A stretch of DNA of 64,000 bases from an uncultured Chloroflexia bacterium. GTDB lineage: Bacteria > Chloroflexota > UBA6077 > JACCZL01. Shown in pieces: positions 30,177-40,801 of this stretch (positions within the stretch are counted from its first letter, which is position 1; each line of letters opens with the position of its first letter). The stretch lies in contig CAVXYC010000020.1 in NCBI GenBank assembly GCA_963765765.1, positions 160,001 to 224,000 on the forward strand, read 5' to 3'. Below the pieces are notes generated by a model, which did not search any database, was not told the DNA's origin, and saw nothing but the letters and a program-made list of their open reading frames with translations. Position numbers and translations under genes: made by a program.

Positions 30177-30894
30177 CATCATCCCCGCCATCGATCTTTT
30201 TGGCGGGAAGTGCGTGCGATTGACTCAGGGAGACTACGCGCAGCAAACCGTCTACGGCGATGATCCTCCAGCGATGGCTGAGCGGTGGGTGTCACTGGGC
30301 GCGCAGCGTATCCATACTGTCGATCTGGAGGCTGCCAGGGCCGGCCGTCCCGTCCAGCTCGAGTTGATCGGGAAGATCGTGAAACGCGTTAGCGTTCCCG
30401 TCCAGCTCGGCGGCGGCATGCGGTCACGCGATCATGTCGATGCCGCATTCGATGTTGGTGTGCAATCGGTCGTCCTCGGAACGGCCCTCATCACCGATCC
30501 AGAGCTCGCGGACTGGTGTCTCTCGACCTATCCGGACCGAGTCATCGTTGGACTCGACGCACGCGACGGCCGTGTCGCGGTCAAAGGCTGGCAGGAAAGC
30601 ACCGACGTGCGCGCATTGGATATCGGCGAGGATCTAGCGCGCCGCGGGGCGCAAACAGTCATCTATACCGACATCAGCCGCGATGGAATGCTGAGCGGTC
30701 CCAACATCGAAGGCGTGGGAGCGATGGTGGGCACGGGAATGCGGGTCATCGCCTCCGGTGGGGTATCCACGCTCGACCAGATTATCGCTCTCCGTGATGC
30801 AGGGGCCGCGGGCGCCATCCTGGGAAAGGCCATTTATACGGGAGACCTGGACGTGAGCGCGGCGATCGCCGCCGTTTCTGAGGCTCGCAATTGA
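30169..30894 (+). CDS. hisA: ProFAR isomerase
   Basis: [16 protein letters not shown] and [14 protein letters not shown]. Confidence 0.96.
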   Translation: MFDIIPAIDLFGGKCVRLTQGDYAQQTVYGDDPPAMAERWVSLGAQRIHTVDLEAARAGRPVQLELIGKIVKRVSVPVQLGGGMRSRDHVDAAFDVGVQSVVLGTALITDPELADWCLSTYPDRVIVGLDARDGRVAVKGWQESTDVRALDIGEDLARRGAQTVIYTDISRDGMLSGPNIEGVGAMVGTGMRVIASGGVSTLDQIIALRDAGAAGAILGKAIYTGDLDVSAAIAAVSEARN

Positions 30895-30913
30895 TGCTCG
30901 AACAGCAAGTCTG

Positions 30914-30983
30914 GGTGGGACAGGCATCTCTGCCTGTTCAGTGCGCCGGCTTGAACAGGACAGGCAGAGATGCCCGTCCCACC
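30914..30983. repeat. REP inverted pair between hisA and hisF
   Basis: GGTGGGACAGGCATCTCTGCCTGT ... ACAGGCAGAGATGCCCGTCCCACC. Each arm is itself palindromic. Confidence 0.85.
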
Positions 30984-30996
30984 AGGTGACGGGGTA

Positions 30997-31770
30997 ATGT
31001 TGAGCAAGCGAATCATTCCCTGCCTCGACGTCAACCACGGCCGCGTAGTGAAAGGCATCACCTTTACGGGACTGCGCGATGCCGGAGACCCCGTTGAGCT
31101 AGCGGCAGTGTACAACCGCGAAGGCGCCGACGAGCTCGTGTTCTATGACATCACCGCCTCGGCCGAGGAGCGAGATATTTTCGGAGACGTGGTTCGTCGC
31201 ACGGCAGAGCAGGTTTTTATTCCGCTAATGGTTGGCGGCGGCGTTCGCAGCGCAGATGACATGCGCGGCCTGCTTCGGGCGGGCGCCGACAAGATATCCG
31301 TGAACAGTGCCGCGGTTGAGCGCCCAGATCTGATCGCCGAGGGCGCTGAGCGCTTCGGAAGCCAGTGCATCGTGCTCTCCATGGACGTGCTCTGGAACGG
31401 CGACTACTATGAGGTCGTCACTCATGGTGGACGCGTGCATCGCGGCATCGACGCCATCGAATGGGCGCGCCGCGGCGAGCAGCTTGGCGCTGGGGAGCTG
31501 TGCGTCAACAGCATCGACGCCGACGGCACCAAGAACGGTTACGAGATTCGGCTCACCCGAATGATCTCTGAAGCAACGACAATTCCGATCATCGCCAGTG
31601 GTGGCGCAGGCAATGTGGAGCACATGGAAGCCGCGCTGACTGACGGCAAAGCTGATGCTGCGCTTGCCGCGAGCATTTTTCACTTCGGAACCGTCCGCAT
31701 CAGCGAGGCAAAAGAATATCTGAGCTCGCGTGGCATTCCAATTCGACTGGAGGACGCGGCATGGCTGTGA
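30997..31770 (+). CDS. hisF: Imidazole glycerol phosphate synthase, cyclase subunit
   Basis: [22 protein letters not shown] and SIDADGTK. Confidence 0.97.
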   Translation: MLSKRIIPCLDVNHGRVVKGITFTGLRDAGDPVELAAVYNREGADELVFYDITASAEERDIFGDVVRRTAEQVFIPLMVGGGVRSADDMRGLLRAGADKISVNSAAVERPDLIAEGAERFGSQCIVLSMDVLWNGDYYEVVTHGGRVHRGIDAIEWARRGEQLGAGELCVNSIDADGTKNGYEIRLTRMISEATTIPIIASGGAGNVEHMEAALTDGKADAALAASIFHFGTVRISEAKEYLSSRGIPIRLEDAAWL

Positions 31771-32390
31771 ACAATTCGCCGCTGCAGGTGAAATTCGATC
31801 AAGCAGGCCTTGTTCCCGCCATCATCCAGCACGCCGAGAGCGGACAGGTTCTGATGCTGGGCTACATGAACGCGGAATCACTCCAGCGAACCATGGATTC
31901 GGGTCTCGTCTGGTTCTACAGCCGGAGCCGTCAGCATCTCTGGCAAAAGGGCGAGACATCGGACAATGTCTTGCGGGTTCAGAGCGTATCGCTCGATTGT
32001 GACGGCGACACGATTCTGGTCCAGGCTGACCCAGCCGGCCCGACTTGCCACACTGGTGAGCCAAGCTGCTTTTTCACGCCACTGAAGTCTGCAGAGACCG
32101 CTCCTCCCTCGTTCGAGGTGGCGGATGATTTGTGGGGCACCATCCTCCAGAGGATTCGCGAGAATCCCGACGGCTCTTACGTCAGTAAGCTCGTTGCATC
32201 TGGCGTCGACCGGGTCTCGAAGAAGGTGGGCGAAGAGGCCACCGAAGTGGTCATCGCGGCGAAAAACCATAACAAAGATGAGATCGCGCGCGAAATGGCA
32301 GATCTATGGTTCCATTCCATGGTGCTGCTTGCGAGCGAGGGTATGACTCCGGCGGATGTCTGGGCGGAGCTGCACCGACGGCGGAAATAG
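31761..32390 (+). CDS. hisIE: Bifunctional phosphoribosyl-AMP cyclohydrolase / phosphoribosyl-ATP pyrophosphatase
   Basis: [28 protein letters not shown] and KKVGEEATE. Confidence 0.96.
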   Translation: MAVNNSPLQVKFDQAGLVPAIIQHAESGQVLMLGYMNAESLQRTMDSGLVWFYSRSRQHLWQKGETSDNVLRVQSVSLDCDGDTILVQADPAGPTCHTGEPSCFFTPLKSAETAPPSFEVADDLWGTILQRIRENPDGSYVSKLVASGVDRVSKKVGEEATEVVIAAKNHNKDEIAREMADLWFHSMVLLASEGMTPADVWAELHRRRK

Positions 32391-32407
32391 GGGGCACTTT
32401 ACCCAGC

Positions 32408-32503
32408 GTAGTGCCGACCCTTTACGGGTGGCACCTAAGGGACCCTAGCCGCGATTTGTAGCTGGCTAACTAGGAGATGGCGCCCATAAAGCGCCGCCAC
32501 TAG
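32408..32503. repeat. Degenerate GTAG-type REP pair
   Basis: GTAGTGCCGACCCTTTACGGGTGGCAC ... GGCGCCCATAAAGCGCCGCCACTAG, lying between convergent genes. Confidence 0.55.
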
Positions 32504-32517
32504 AGTCACGTTCCGGC

Positions 32518-33408
32518 TCAGCTCTCGGCCGCCGCAACGTCCGCTTCACTGCCCCGCATGCCTTCGAAGGCCGCAATCGCCACTTCAATCTGCGAAGTAT
32601 CAGGCCGCTTCGTTGTGATTGCCTGCACCAGGAGCCCGGGCGCAATGATGAGCTTCATCAGTGGATTATCAGGATGCGCTCCACCGAATTTCAGGATCTC
32701 GTAGGCCACGCCCGCCAGAAGCGGAATAAGGACGACTCTTGAAAGTGCTCGGGTGATGAGATCCGTGGCCGGTATCAGCGCAAAGACAACGATTGAGATT
32801 CCAACGATCAGAATCAAGAACGCTGTTCCACAGCGCGGATGTGCCGTTGGGTACTTCTCCACCTCTCGCGGGACCAGCGGGTCGTCATGCTCAAACGCAT
32901 GAATCGTCATGTGCTCTGCGCCGTGGTACATGTACACGCGCTGAATATCCGGAAACAGCCCAATGAGACTTACATAGCCGATGAAGAGGCCAAGGCGAAC
33001 GACGCCTTCAACAACGTGCGCCCACCACCAGGACTGAAGCCACTGCTCCGCCAGGCCGGCGATGAAGACCGGTGTTACGAAGAAGATGCCAATGCCCAGG
33101 AGTAACGCCATGGCGACGCTTCCCCAGGCAACGGACTTCGGAAGCTGTGCTGATTCCTCTTCCACCGCAACGTCGGCGGAGAACATTAGCGCCTTCATGC
33201 CCAGCCCGAGAGTGTCCCAGAGCATCGTGAGCCCGCGAATAAATGGCGTCTTGGCCACCCAGCCTCTATAGATGGTCTTAGGCAGCGGTTCGGCATGCAC
33301 TACGATGTTGCCGCTGGGCGCTCGCACCGCCACAGCCATCGATGTGCGGCCACGCATCATGACGCCCTCGAGCACCGCCTGGCCGCCATAGAAGACGCGC
33401 TGGGCCAT
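32518..33408 (-). CDS. DUF1385 domain membrane protein
   Basis: YGGQAVLEGVMMRG, YHGAEHMTI and HPRCGTAF. Typical neighbour of rpmE. Confidence 0.92.
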   Translation of the reverse strand: MAQRVFYGGQAVLEGVMMRGRTSMAVAVRAPSGNIVVHAEPLPKTIYRGWVAKTPFIRGLTMLWDTLGLGMKALMFSADVAVEEESAQLPKSVAWGSVAMALLLGIGIFFVTPVFIAGLAEQWLQSWWWAHVVEGVVRLGLFIGYVSLIGLFPDIQRVYMYHGAEHMTIHAFEHDDPLVPREVEKYPTAHPRCGTAFLILIVGISIVVFALIPATDLITRALSRVVLIPLLAGVAYEILKFGGAHPDNPLMKLIIAPGLLVQAITTKRPDTSQIEVAIAAFEGMRGSEADVAAAES

Positions 33409-33424
33409 CAACGAAAGGCAGGCC

Positions 33425-33462
33425 CAAAAGAAAAGCGTGGGCCACCGGAGTGGACCCACGCG
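33425..33462 (-). terminator. Intrinsic terminator after rplU-rpmA-rpmE
   Basis: Minus strand GCGTGGGTCCAC-TCCG-GTGGCCCACGC followed by TTTTCTTTT. Confidence 0.8.
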
Positions 33463-33494
33463 TCTAACAGCAGCGTACTCTGGGAAGTAAGCGC

Positions 33495-33698
33495 TCAGCG
33501 CTTCTTCTCCATCCGCCTCTTGAATCGCTCTACCTGTCCCGCGGTATCCACCAGGCGCTGCTCGCCGGTGAAGAAGGGATGACAGCGGGAGCACACATCT
33601 ACACGAAGCTGCTGCCTCGTGGATCGTGTTTTCCACGTGCTACCGCAACCACACGTGACGGTTGCTTCCTGGTAATCTGGATGAATTCCGGTCTTCAC
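33495..33698 (-). CDS. rpmE: 50S ribosomal protein L31 (Zn-binding type)
   Basis: [13 protein letters not shown]...[10 protein letters not shown]. Confidence 0.97.
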   Translation of the reverse strand: MKTGIHPDYQEATVTCGCGSTWKTRSTRQQLRVDVCSRCHPFFTGEQRLVDTAGQVERFKRRMEKKR

Positions 33699-33716
33699 GA
33701 CCTAACCTCTCTGGAC

Positions 33717-33974
33717 CTACTCTGCTACGAGAACGTTGACGCGCTTGCGCTCTTTGGTGGCGTTATCAAACATCACCTTGCCGTCGATCAGCGCAAAAAG
33801 CGTGTGATCGCGGCCAACGCCAACGTTCAATCCGGGCTTGTACGGAGTACCGCGCTGACGCACAAGTACTTCGCCAGCGCGTACGGGTGAACCGTCTCCC
33901 CTCTTGACTCCAAGCCGCTGCCCGGGACTATCGCGGCCGTTGCGGGAGCTCCCGCCACCTTTCTTATGAGCCAA
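33717..33974 (-). CDS. rpmA: 50S ribosomal protein L27
   Basis: [15 protein letters not shown]. Confidence 0.98.
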   Translation of the reverse strand: MAHKKGGGSSRNGRDSPGQRLGVKRGDGSPVRAGEVLVRQRGTPYKPGLNVGVGRDHTLFALIDGKVMFDNATKERKRVNVLVAE

Positions 33975-33976
33975 TC

Positions 33977-34291
33977 CTATGCTCCTACGATCTCGTTGAT
34001 CTTCACGCGAGTGTAGGGCTGGCGATGTCCGGTGAGTCGTCGGTAACGCACCTTTGACTTGTAACGGAACACCTTGATCTTCTCACCCTTATGCTCGCCA
34101 ATAACCTCAGCAACGACCTTGGCACCACTTACCAGCGGTGCGCCAACCTGCACATTGTCGCCGTCCGAGACCATCAGGACTCGATCAAGCTCCACGGTGC
34201 TGCCGTCTTCGACAGCCATGAGATCGAGATCGACCTCGTCCCCAGGCTGGACACGATATTGTTTTCCGCCCGATTGGACGATCGCGTACAT
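33977..34291 (-). CDS. rplU: 50S ribosomal protein L21
   Basis: [14 protein letters not shown] ... GHRQPYT. Confidence 0.98.
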   Translation of the reverse strand: MYAIVQSGGKQYRVQPGDEVDLDLMAVEDGSTVELDRVLMVSDGDNVQVGAPLVSGAKVVAEVIGEHKGEKIKVFRYKSKVRYRRLTGHRQPYTRVKINEIVGA

Positions 34292-34382
34292 CACGCGTCC
34301 TTGTGAACAAGATAAATCCGCGGACGCAGCCGCGGCTCCGACATTCTAACAAACGACGAAGCGCCCCAACAAATTCCCGGGG

Positions 34383-34967
34383 TTAGGCCTGGTCCTCGAT
34401 GTCGCATGTTTGGTCCTGTTGCCCGGGCTCCATGGCCGCTAGCTCTTCCAACGACGGCAGATCCGAGAGCGAGCTGATACCCATGCGCTCGAGAAGCTGC
34501 AGGCTCGTCCCGAACAGCACGGGCCGCCCCACGGTCTCTCGTCTACCGACTTCTTCAATCAGGCCATGCGCCAGAAGCGTCGCCACTGCCCGATCGCTAT
34601 TCACACCTCTGAGCTGATCGATATCCGCGCGCGTTGAGGGCTGCCGGTATGCGACGATCGCCAGCACTTCCAGCGTGGCTCGAGAGAGCTTCACCGGAGG
34701 CCCGGCGCGCAATCGAGCTACAGTGTCCGACCACTCTGGTGCGGTGACCAACTGCAGGCGGTCTGCGTGACGCTGGACCAGTAAGCCAGGCGGGGGAATC
34801 GCGAGCAGATCTGTCACGGCACGCTCGACCTCACGGCGCGAGGCCTCGAGAGCCGACGCAAGCTGCTCGATCTCGAGAGGCTCATCTGCGGAATAGAGCA
34901 ACGCGACAATGCCGTTCGACAGTGCCGATGTCAGCTCGGGTGATCCGATATGGTCGAGTGTCAGCAT
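34383..34967 (-). CDS. scpB: SMC-Scp complex subunit ScpB
   Basis: LSRATLEVLAIVAYRQP.TRADID.LRGVNS and GRPVLFGT. Confidence 0.93.
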   Translation of the reverse strand: MLTLDHIGSPELTSALSNGIVALLYSADEPLEIEQLASALEASRREVERAVTDLLAIPPPGLLVQRHADRLQLVTAPEWSDTVARLRAGPPVKLSRATLEVLAIVAYRQPSTRADIDQLRGVNSDRAVATLLAHGLIEEVGRRETVGRPVLFGTSLQLLERMGISSLSDLPSLEELAAMEPGQQDQTCDIEDQA

Positions 34968-37718
34968 TATTGGAATACTCGCATCATTCGTCGGCCAATG
35001 ATTGCCAGCACCAGCACGACACCAAGCGTCACCGCCGAGACAATCCCACCCATTCTCAATGTCGCGGGATCGTACACGAATCTCACGGCATGCCGCCCGC
35101 TGGGCACCTCGATAGCCCGAAAATGGACATTGGCCCGGTACGTTGGTGTGGGGGAGCCGTCTATCTCAGCCACCCAGCCAGGATAGTAAGCGTCACTGAG
35201 CACCAGGAGCCCGGCTGAGCTGGCATCCACGTCAATTAGGATTTCTTCCGGCAAACTTCGTACCAGGTCGGCCCGCTCCTCCGCTCGCTGTGCGTCCAGC
35301 AATACGGAGACGTTGGGCTCCAGTAATGTGGGCGTGCGTGGGCTCCAGTCCGGCTCGAACATCGCCACGTTTGCGTCCTCGTCGGTGAGTGCTACTGCTC
35401 GATGTGTCAGAAACGCACGCGGCAAAGCATCGGAACGGACGTATACACGCTCGTCGCCTGTCGTGTGGGCCGTCAGCGTCGGGTCCAATATGAGTGCCTG
35501 CTGTTGCCTGTTCTGATTCCCAAGGAGGGTAGCTCCAGCGACGATGACGCGTGCATCGGTGGAGACGTTCTCGATCTCGAGGTGTTCCAGCGATTGGAGA
35601 CCTAGATTTACATCTACGAGCGTGGTACTGGGGAGACCAGAAGATGCCCTCCAGGGTGGCACCACTGTTCCCGCGGCCCTCCCCGAGGCAACGTCCGCCG
35701 CCAGAGGCACGCTAATGCCCGCGGTGAGCGGAATCACTGTTTGACGACCGGAAATATCCGACGCGCGAATCGCCAGCAGCGAATCTCCGACCCGGGGCGA
35801 CACATCTTCGAAGCCAATGAGCAACGCCAAACGCGAGGCCGGCCAATCTGGCAGACCTGTTGGGCTTACTGACTGACTCGGCTGTATTCGAGTCTCCACA
35901 GCGCGGTCGAATCCAACGCCGTTCACCTCCACGTCCTTCTCGGAGGACGCGACGACCGCGTTCACCGCGAAAGCATCCATCGCGGACTTCCTTGGGATGG
36001 CATCAAGCGAGCTGATCAGAACGCCATCAGGTCGAATGTCCCCCAGCGGGTGGAAAAGCGATGCGGCGAGAACAAAATTTTTCAGCGGAAAGACTCCGCC
36101 GTCATACCCATCAACCGAGGGAGCTCGATACACGGCCGGCAGATTGGGCGCCTGCACGTCGGCCCATTTAATCGCAGTCAGGAGCAGATCGAAGGCGTAG
36201 GCGCTGAGATTGGGAGCCTGTTCTCGCAATTCCGCTGTGCGCTTGGGCTGATAGCCATCTCCAGCGATACTTAGTGACCGGAATGACGGATGGAGGGCTT
36301 GAAGCGCTCGAGCCGTCTCAGACTCGGCCTTCCAGGCGATCTCAGGCACGGCGTGACTGAACGGAAGGTCCACGCGCGCGGCCAGAAGCTCACACGCAAC
36401 CAGGAGTATCCCGATTGACATTACGAGCGGTCGCACCCGGGTGACCCGTAGGAGCCACAGGAGCAACGTGACCGCCAACAGAGCGAGCCAGGCGTTGATT
36501 GCAAGAGCGGGCACAGCGTAATTGGCGGTTACTTCGGCTGACTGACTGGCCCACACTGCCAGTGCGACTGGAATGGACCCGATGGCGAGCGCAGCCCCCC
36601 TCCACATCCCGCTCACCGCCACGACTGTACCGAGCCCGGCACCGGCCAGCATACTGACGCACACGGTCCATGGAAGAAGCCATCGCGACGGAGCGCGAAA
36701 AGCGTCCAAACCTGGTACGACGCCAAAGAGCGACTCAAATACCGGGAAGTTGCTTCCGAGCGCCAACAGCAAGCTGACCATCGCCGCGACGGCCACCCAG
36801 CTTTGCCTGCCGGCCATCGCGGTAGTGACGCCCAGGATCGCGAGAGTCAAGCCAGAAGCACCAATGAATCCAAGGAACTCTGTGCTGGGAGGATTCTCAG
36901 TAAAGCCGGGCAGGAGCGCGAGGGGCAAAAGCCACGGCGGCAACGAGCTGGCGACTGCTTCTCCAATGGAAAGACCGCCAGATCGAATGCCGAGCCGCGT
37001 GGCCTCCAGCGTGGGGAGAAGCTGCACGGCAGCGAGGCCGCACCGCCAGGACACCGGCCAGAATGACAACGGTAGACTGCGCCACCCAGAGGCGCGGCTC
37101 AGACGACGCGATAGTCCAGACGAGCATGAACGCAAGCAGAATCAGCGTCATGTACGTCACCTGGGGATGCCCCGCCATCAGCTGGAGTCCAAGGAGCACC
37201 GCGGCGATCAACGACCAGCGCACACTGATCCGTGAGATTGATCGATGGACCGCAAGCAGGATCAGCGGAAGCAGCGCTGCGGCCGAAAGCTGGTTGAGGT
37301 GGCCGCCCTGGGCGGTGATGGCCCCGCTCAGCATGTAACAAACGCCAGCCACAATCCCGCCGATACGACCAACGTTGAAGACTGCACGGGTCAGCAAGGA
37401 CATCGCCCACCCGGCGAGCGCCGTGTGCACCACCAGGTTCACCGTGTACGCGTACGGCGTTGGGAGAAGCAGGAAGATCCATGTCCCCGGATAAAACACG
37501 GCCGACTGAGGATTGGCGAGGTGTGGAATCCCGGCAAAGATGTAAGGATTCCACAACGGAAGCTGGCCCTGCAGTAGCCTCGAAGCCGTGTACTCCCGAT
37601 TTGCATAGAAGTACACAAACGCGTCGTAGTCCACGAGAATCAGCCCCTGGAACACCAGCTTCCAGTACGCCAGGCAGGCGATAAGGGCGAAGAAGATCAC
37701 CACACATGCTTCCAGCAC
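34967..37718 (-). CDS. YfhO-family membrane protein (GT-C like; frameshift ~37050; start uncertain)
   Basis: GQLPLWNPYIFAGIPHLANPQSAVFYP, GHPQ, QLLPTLE, FRAPSRW and LVLSDAYYPGW. Confidence 0.88.
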
Positions 37719-37720
37719 CA

Positions 37721-38466
37721 GCCCCTGTGAGCGCGGGCGTCCCGCCCGTCCCCGGGAACCGGGTTCGGACAGGCGGCGAACGCGAGAACTGGGGACGGGC
37801 GGGACGCCCGCGCTCGCCGAAGCGGTCAACCACCCCTCCGAGATGCGCTGCTCCATTCGCACTGGGTCGCGTCAGGAGCCAGACCCGCCTTAACGGGGTT
37901 CCCTTCAATGTAGGCAATGGTCGCTTGAATGTGGTCGTCGTTACGCATGAACCGGTAATAGTAGTCGGCTTGCCAGACTCGACCGGAGCGGTTCTGACGC
38001 GAATTGACGGTCTTCGCCGAGAACGATTTCCAAGAGTGCGCAACCGCTCCGATGGAGAACCCGTCTACGGGCCGAATCAGAACATGGACGTGATTTGGCA
38101 TCACGCGCCAGGCGATGATCTGATAACGCTCGTCATCGAAGTGGAAAAGGGCATCCTGGACGATGCGAGCAAACTCAGGACTGCGTAACAAGCAATCACC
38201 GGAGCCTGTATCCAAAAGTGACTCAATGCGGGCACGCCTCGTGGACGATTCGGTTTCTGGGTCTAGAGTGCGCATGAACTCTGACGACAAAGCATCAGCG
38301 AGTCGAAATGTCACGGCTTGTATGCAATCGGCGGAATCGAAATGAGGTAGGTAGAGGCGAGAAGGCCAGCCTTTCTTGGCGGAGCTCGCCGGGTTTGAAT
38401 TCGGAGCTTTTTCAATCAATTGAGCTTATCCACGGAGCGCCGGGCGGGACGCCCGCGCTCACGGGC
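37721..38466. mobile_element. RAYT locus bracketed by its cognate REPs
   Basis: 25-bp perfect inverted pair at 37729-37753 and 37791-37815 (GAGCGCGGGCGTCCCGCCCGTCCCC), plus a third copy at 38441-38462 on the other side of the transposase. Confidence 0.85.
37826..38419 (-). CDS. REP-associated tyrosine transposase (RAYT, HUH/Y1)
   Basis: YLPHFD, VTFRLADAL, MPNHVH (HUH), WKSFSA, WQ and YIEGNPVKAGL...WSS. Confidence 0.92.
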   Translation of the reverse strand: MIEKAPNSNPASSAKKGWPSRLYLPHFDSADCIQAVTFRLADALSSEFMRTLDPETESSTRRARIESLLDTGSGDCLLRSPEFARIVQDALFHFDDERYQIIAWRVMPNHVHVLIRPVDGFSIGAVAHSWKSFSAKTVNSRQNRSGRVWQADYYYRFMRNDDHIQATIAYIEGNPVKAGLAPDATQCEWSSASRRGG

Positions 38467-39156
38467 TTAGCCGAAAAACCGGTACCGCAGCAGCGTTGCA
38501 AGGACCGTCAACGCATCGCGCCAGCCGATCTTCTTTCCTTCCCAGTACTCGCGGCCGGCGTAGGAGATCGGCACTTCGTAGATCCGGTAGCCGAGCTTGA
38601 GGATGGAGGCGGTGATTTCCGGATCGAATCCCCAGCGCTCTGACTTCAGCTTGATCTTTCGAGCGATCTCAGCGGTGAAGACCTTGTAGCAAGTCTCCAT
38701 GTCCGTAAGAGTTGAATCGAACAGGATGTTCGTCACCAGGGTCAAGAGCTGATTGCCCACGCTATGCCAGAAGTACATCGCCTTGTGCTCGCCGAGAAAG
38801 CGAGAGCCGTACACGACCTCGGCTTTCCCGGTGAGAATCGGTCGGAGCAATATCGGGTAGTCGGCCGGATCGTATTCGAGATCAGCATCCTGAATCAGAA
38901 GGATGTCACCGGTCGCACGGCGGAGCCCTTCTCGTACGGCTGCGCCCTTACCCCGGTTCCGCGACTGCAGGAATAACTTGATGTCCCCGGAGTCAGCTCG
39001 TTGTCTCAGAATTTCTCGAGTGCCGTCGGACGATCCGTCGTCCACGACCAGGATCTCCTTCTCGATACCATCGAGAGGAACCGCCAGAACCTGGTCGAGT
39101 AGCTTCTCGACAGTATCGCGTTCGTTGTAAGCCGGGATAACTATCGAGAGCTTCAG
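38467..39156 (-). CDS. GT2 glycosyltransferase (polyprenol-phosphate mannose synthase-like)
   Basis: [35 protein letters not shown] and DMETCYK. The apparent start is CTG. Confidence 0.92.
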   Translation of the reverse strand: MKLSIVIPAYNERDTVEKLLDQVLAVPLDGIEKEILVVDDGSSDGTREILRQRADSGDIKLFLQSRNRGKGAAVREGLRRATGDILLIQDADLEYDPADYPILLRPILTGKAEVVYGSRFLGEHKAMYFWHSVGNQLLTLVTNILFDSTLTDMETCYKVFTAEIARKIKLKSERWGFDPEITASILKLGYRIYEVPISYAGREYWEGKKIGWRDALTVLATLLRYRFFG

Positions 39157-40682
39157 GGCAATTTCTCCAGGTCACCCGGGTCAGCTCCCGGTGCAAAGAT
39201 CCATTGATCGACACCGCGATGCCGAACAACGTCGTACAGATAGTACGTGTGACCGATCGCCTGAAGCACGGGCTCCGGGTAGAGCTGCGCATCGAGAACG
39301 ATCCAGTTGAATCGGTGCGATGCAACGTCCGCGAGCAGCCGCTCACCGCTCCAGTGGCCGCTTGTGTGGAGATTACGAAGGTGCGTGGCGTTTCCAACAA
39401 CTTCCCTGCCGCCCACTAGAGCGTAGCTGGCGTCCTCTATCAGCGTTGGTCCTGGATTTGTATCGAGAATTCGGAGAATCTCCCAACCTGCAAGCGCATC
39501 GTCTCCACGGGGCGTGGAGCCCAGGGCTTCGGACTGAATCCCAAGATCACCCTGAATTCCGAGATACTTCGAGAATGGCTCATGGGCAAAAAGACCGACC
39601 TGAGCCAGCAGTGCCACGGATGCGAGCAGGAGCGTAGCTGGCCGCGTGGCGAGAGCACTGAGAGTGCAGCCCGCCAGGACACATATCGCCACGATCAGGC
39701 CGAGAAAGTACGATTCGCCGGCTCCCCATTTCCCAACGCCTATGACGGTCGGCAAGCTAGCCAGGACGTACAGCCAATACCGTCCACCGGGCCTCCAACG
39801 AAGGGCCAGCAGCACGACAAGCAACATGCCCGCGTGGATGACACTGAAATTGGTCCAGTAGGCGATAGCTTGCCCCCAGCTCCAGGGATTGAGATTTCCC
39901 TGAACTGTATTGAGCCAGAAGCCGCCGCCACTGAATCGCTCCGCTATTCCGAGCACAAGCAACCCGGACACGCCTGTGATGACCGTGACTGGAAGCGCGA
40001 TTGATGGCCTGGTAACTAGTCCGTATCCGAGTGCCAGCACCAGGACCGGAATTGCGGTGGGCTTGGTAAACGCCGCGACGCCCAGAAAAGCCGCCCCAGC
40101 GGCAAAGGCCAATCTCCCGCGAGAGAAGCACAGGATGACTCCAGCGAGAGAGAAGAGCTCGGTCAGCGCGTTGACACGTGCAAGAGGGGTCGTGTGAAAA
40201 ACGTACGGAGATGCGAGATAGAGAAGCCCCGCGATGAGGGCGGCGATCGACGTTCCTCGCTCTCGTATGACCGCCACGCCGATGAGCACTGCCGTCAGGA
40301 TCGCCGCAATCGCGGAGAGTAGTCGTCCCGTGGCCAGGGTGGGTCCCATCGCAGCTATGAACGGCAAGAGCAGGACCGAGAAGACGGGCGGGTAGTTGGA
40401 CGAATAGTAGGGCCACTCCTCATTCGAGCTGTAGATCCCCAGACCTTGCGCCAACCGCCAACCGCTATTGACATCGTACCCCTCGCCTTGATCAAGGTCG
40501 AAGGGGTACGTGAGCAGTCCACTGACCCTTCCGAAGTAGGCCACGGCGTACAGGCAGAGCAACACAAAAACGATGGATGAAACGAGCCGCGCCGCCTCAC
40601 GCACGCCGGTGCGCTCCAGGCGCGCGGGAGCTACGCGAATAGCTCGTATCGGGATCGTGGGGGTCGCCACTGAACCAGCCAC
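39153..40682 (-). CDS. GT-C type (ArnT-like) membrane glycosyltransferase
   Basis: DQGEG, NYPP, GRLLS, FTKP and many TM helices. Confidence 0.7.
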   Translation of the reverse strand: MAGSVATPTIPIRAIRVAPARLERTGVREAARLVSSIVFVLLCLYAVAYFGRVSGLLTYPFDLDQGEGYDVNSGWRLAQGLGIYSSNEEWPYYSSNYPPVFSVLLLPFIAAMGPTLATGRLLSAIAAILTAVLIGVAVIRERGTSIAALIAGLLYLASPYVFHTTPLARVNALTELFSLAGVILCFSRGRLAFAAGAAFLGVAAFTKPTAIPVLVLALGYGLVTRPSIALPVTVITGVSGLLVLGIAERFSGGGFWLNTVQGNLNPWSWGQAIAYWTNFSVIHAGMLLVVLLALRWRPGGRYWLYVLASLPTVIGVGKWGAGESYFLGLIVAICVLAGCTLSALATRPATLLLASVALLAQVGLFAHEPFSKYLGIQGDLGIQSEALGSTPRGDDALAGWEILRILDTNPGPTLIEDASYALVGGREVVGNATHLRNLHTSGHWSGERLLADVASHRFNWIVLDAQLYPEPVLQAIGHTYYLYDVVRHRGVDQWIFAPGADPGDLEKLP

Positions 40683-40801
40683 AGCGCTGACGACTATACC
40701 GAAAACACCGCCAAATCAGGCGGATATCACGTAGGTGAGCCGCATAAGATCAGGTCCGTCTTCCCTGGCCATAGGAGCGGGCTGCGGGAGCACACTGGAC
40801 A

